Below, one piece after another: positions 62,050 to 64,000 of a stretch of DNA of 64,000 nt. The stretch is taken from contig CADCEC010000009.1 of NCBI GenBank assembly GCA_902800395.1, positions 10,488 to 74,487 of the forward strand, given 5' to 3'. The notes beneath the pieces were generated by a model that saw only the letters and a program-made list of their open reading frames with translations, did not search any database and was not told the DNA's origin. Origin of the DNA: an uncultured Bacteroidota bacterium. Lineage in GTDB: Bacteria; Bacteroidota; Bacteroidia; Bacteroidales; P3. Each line of letters starts with the position of its first letter. Position 1 is the first letter of the stretch. A program made the position numbers and the translations under genes.

Positions 62050-62068
62050 GCGGTTTACAATAAACAGC

Positions 62069-62108
62069 TAGCGGTTAGCCCCTGGATAATCCAGCCTGCT
62101 AACCGCTA
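62069..62108. terminator. Long hairpin between convergent ypfJ and the OMP gene
   Basis: TAGCGGTTAGC...GCTAACCGCTA with inner stem CTGGA/TCCAG, followed by TTTGTTATTTGTT. Confidence 0.6.
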
Positions 62109-62175
62109 TTTGTTATTTGTTCTGCCTGCTTGCAGACTTTGAGCTCCGCTGAATTAAATTAAATCCTGCGAAAAA

Positions 62176-62209
62176 CTGTTATCTATTAACTATTATCTAT
62201 TAACTATCA
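62176..62209. repeat. (TATCTATTAACTAT)n 14-nt repeat overlapping the OMP gene stop
   Basis: ctgttatctattaactattatctattaactatca. Confidence 0.85.
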
Positions 62210-63454
62210 TTCCCCCACCGGGTAGCGGTAGCGGGTACTATTGCTGCCAAAGTTGTAGATGTAACCCACGGTGATGCTGGGCAAACCGCCCCAATCGCCA
62301 TAGGCTTTCGGCAAGTCCTCTCCGGCCTCGGGCCGGATGCCGGCAATGGTGGGCGGGACCATCATGTATTTAGCGTCGAGATAGATGTCACTGTGATGGC
62401 CGAGGTAATAGCGGAACATGATGCCTATATCGGCCGTCATGTTGAAGGTGAGTTCATCGTAGCGCCAGATGAGTCCTGCACCGAGGTAAGGCAACACATT
62501 GAGGCGCACGCCACGGGTGAATCTGACAAGGTGTGTCAGGTTCACCATCACATCGGTATGGAAGTTGGAATAGGAATATTTCTCACCCGGACGGCTCTCA
62601 ACGGTGTCGTAGGGCTCGTGCGCCGTAAGTCCACTGAGTTCGAAGCGGATAGTCCATACATTGCTGTAGTTGCGGCCGAACTGAATCTCGGGAGTGACAC
62701 CATACATTCCCCATTCACCGAGATTACGAAACGAGAAGGAGGAGAAGTTGGCACCAATACCGAGACCCACCCACCAGTCTTCGGCAGTACTGCGCGAGGA
62801 GAACTCGGTCTTGCGGGTGAAGGGGTTGTCGGACCAACGATGAGTGACACCGAGGGTGATAGAGTGCATGTAGTTGTTATTGGCGCTACCGTCGAAATAC
62901 TGCGAGAGGAAGAACCACTTATACTCGAGGAAAGCGTCCCAAAGGGGTGCGATGCGGACGGGAAAATGAAGTCCCAACATAGCCTGGAAGTCGTCATCAG
63001 ACTTGTGGGTGACACCCGCTGCCGTCACCGACGGACGGATGACCATACCCACACCCAGCATGGGATAGACGGGGAAGGGCTTGAGAATGGTGCCGTTATA
63101 GACATGGAAGAAGGTGGCATTGACATCCCAGATGAATTCTGCGCTCCCCATGAAGTACATGGAGTTGTCGCTGCCCCCGTTCTGCCAATGGCTGGGCGTC
63201 ATCATCATGTCGAACCCGAAGCGGAACGCCAGCGGGCGCGTAATCCAACATCCCAAGTTAAGGGTGGCGGTGGGCACAGAGAACTGCCCCTCGCCAGAAT
63301 GCTGATAATAGACGCCACCGACTCCCAACGACAGGAACCACGGATCGTCTCCGGTCCTTTTGTAGCTCTGAGCCTGAACTTGGGAAGGCAAGAGGTAAGA
63401 ACCAAGAACTAAGAGGCTGACACATAATATTTTTTGCATTTTGGTCTGTTTCAT
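62207..63454 (-). CDS. Hypothetical outer-membrane beta-barrel protein
   Basis: Signal peptide ending QVQAQ and an aromatic/Gly-rich alternating pattern. No family recognised. Confidence 0.5.
   Translation of the reverse strand: MKQTKMQKILCVSLLVLGSYLLPSQVQAQSYKRTGDDPWFLSLGVGGVYYQHSGEGQFSVPTATLNLGCWITRPLAFRFGFDMMMTPSHWQNGGSDNSMYFMGSAEFIWDVNATFFHVYNGTILKPFPVYPMLGVGMVIRPSVTAAGVTHKSDDDFQAMLGLHFPVRIAPLWDAFLEYKWFFLSQYFDGSANNNYMHSITLGVTHRWSDNPFTRKTEFSSRSTAEDWWVGLGIGANFSSFSFRNLGEWGMYGVTPEIQFGRNYSNVWTIRFELSGLTAHEPYDTVESRPGEKYSYSNFHTDVMVNLTHLVRFTRGVRLNVLPYLGAGLIWRYDELTFNMTADIGIMFRYYLGHHSDIYLDAKYMMVPPTIAGIRPEAGEDLPKAYGDWGGLPSITVGYIYNFGSNSTRYRYPVGE
63391..63418. repeat. (TAAGAAC)-family copy read in antisense as the signal-peptide core (SLLVLGSYLLP)
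   Basis: agaggtaagaaccaagaactaagaggct. It shares gaggtaagaaccaagaa with the locus at 4050. Confidence 0.7.
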
Positions 63455-63475
63455 AATTCCAAATTAATTAATTAT

Positions 63476-63509
63476 TACTTCTTAGTTCTTACTTCTTAGT
63501 TCTTAGTTC
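63476..63509. repeat. (CTTAGTT)n repeat from the OMP gene leader into the tig stop codon
   Basis: tacttcttagttcttacttcttagttcttagttc. Confidence 0.85.
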
Positions 63510-64000
63510 ATTTTGGCGCGTTCGGCAAACTCCTTGGCGGAGACTTTCTCCACTTCAGGTTTCACCTGATCCTTGAAGAGCTTACTGAGGTTGTCGGCAA
63601 AGATACGGTCGGTGAGCTGGCCCACATTCTTGCGGTCGGCGGCGATGCTACGGGCGGCCTGTTCGAGGCGCTGCTCGGTCTGCTCCTTGGTCTCGCCTTT
63701 CACGGGCTGGTCGTTTTTGCGTAGGATGTCCTTGATATAGTCAACAATCTGGTTCTGGGTGGGGTTGACGGGGGCAATCTCCTCAAGCTTCTCCTCAATG
63801 AGTTCCCACTTCAGCGAGGGGACATATTTGTCGTTCCAATCGGCCTCAATGCTCTCGGGAGTCATATCTTTCTCACCACGGCTGGCAAACCAACGTTTCA
63901 GGAAAGCCTCAGGCAGCGGGGCGCTGAACCGGTCAAGGAGGGCCTTGCGGACCTGGTTGACGAAGAGGTAGTCGCTCTGCTCGTTGTTGGCTTTCTCAAT
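63503..64000 (-). CDS. tig: Trigger factor, C-terminal part (5' end outside the window)
   Basis: The frame stays open to nt 64000 (…LPEAFLKRWFASRGEKDMTPES…). This is the helical, acidic/basic C-terminal domain typical of trigger factor. Confidence 0.65.
   Translation of the reverse strand: MEKANNEQSDYLFVNQVRKALLDRFSAPLPEAFLKRWFASRGEKDMTPESIEADWNDKYVPSLKWELIEEKLEEIAPVNPTQNQIVDYIKDILRKNDQPVKGETKEQTEQRLEQAARSIAADRKNVGQLTDRIFADNLSKLFKDQVKPEVEKVSAKEFAERAKMN

Noticed and set aside
1-64000. Mobile genetic element, prophage, or genomic or defence island.
   Set aside because: I could recognise no integrase, transposase, recombinase, phage structural gene, restriction-modification gene or toxin-antitoxin gene. 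The single tRNA has no adjacent integrase or direct-repeat att-like duplication. Gene content is core metabolism and envelope functions.

Overview
This is a gene-dense 64-kb chromosomal segment with no integrase, transposase, phage genes or CRISPR. Several hallmarks point to Bacteroidota, probably a GC-rich Bacteroidales. These are two T9SS type-B C-terminal sorting domains, TAnnTTTG -7 promoter boxes, A-rich leaders without Shine-Dalgarno sites, and an rnfBCDGE cluster. I call 57 protein genes and one tRNA-Met(CAU). Housekeeping genes are mltG, asd, uvrC, a CCA-adding enzyme, miaA, aroA, dnaG, hemW, meaB, anmK, apt and tig. Anaerobic energy and butyrate-type genes are crt, hbd, acyl-CoA dehydrogenase with etfBA, rnfBCDGE and atoE. 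There is a tatA-tatC operon preceded by a Tat-signal Fe-S aldo/keto reductase. Glycosidases of families GH3 and GH29 and several outer-membrane or secreted proteins are also present. The most unusual signal is not a gene. At least 35 loci consist of 2-6 tandem copies of short units, mostly 7 nt and sometimes 8, 9, 11 or 14 nt. These units belong to a handful of families that recur many kilobases apart. They fill about 20 intergenic junctions, abutting start and stop codons. The same DNA families also sit in frame inside at least 14 otherwise ordinary genes, where they encode peptides such as ESGKWKVES. Because 7 = 1 mod 3, a stop-containing heptamer repeated three times closes all three reading frames. 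Copies inside genes are always in the stop-free orientation. Other notable items are a NapH-NapG-like polyferredoxin fusion with an internal Tat-type signal and a 1081-aa single-chain fusion of a normally multi-subunit flavin/Fe-S dehydrogenase. An rnf cluster lacks rnfA at its usual position. All functional calls rest on motif recognition by eye; no database search was possible.
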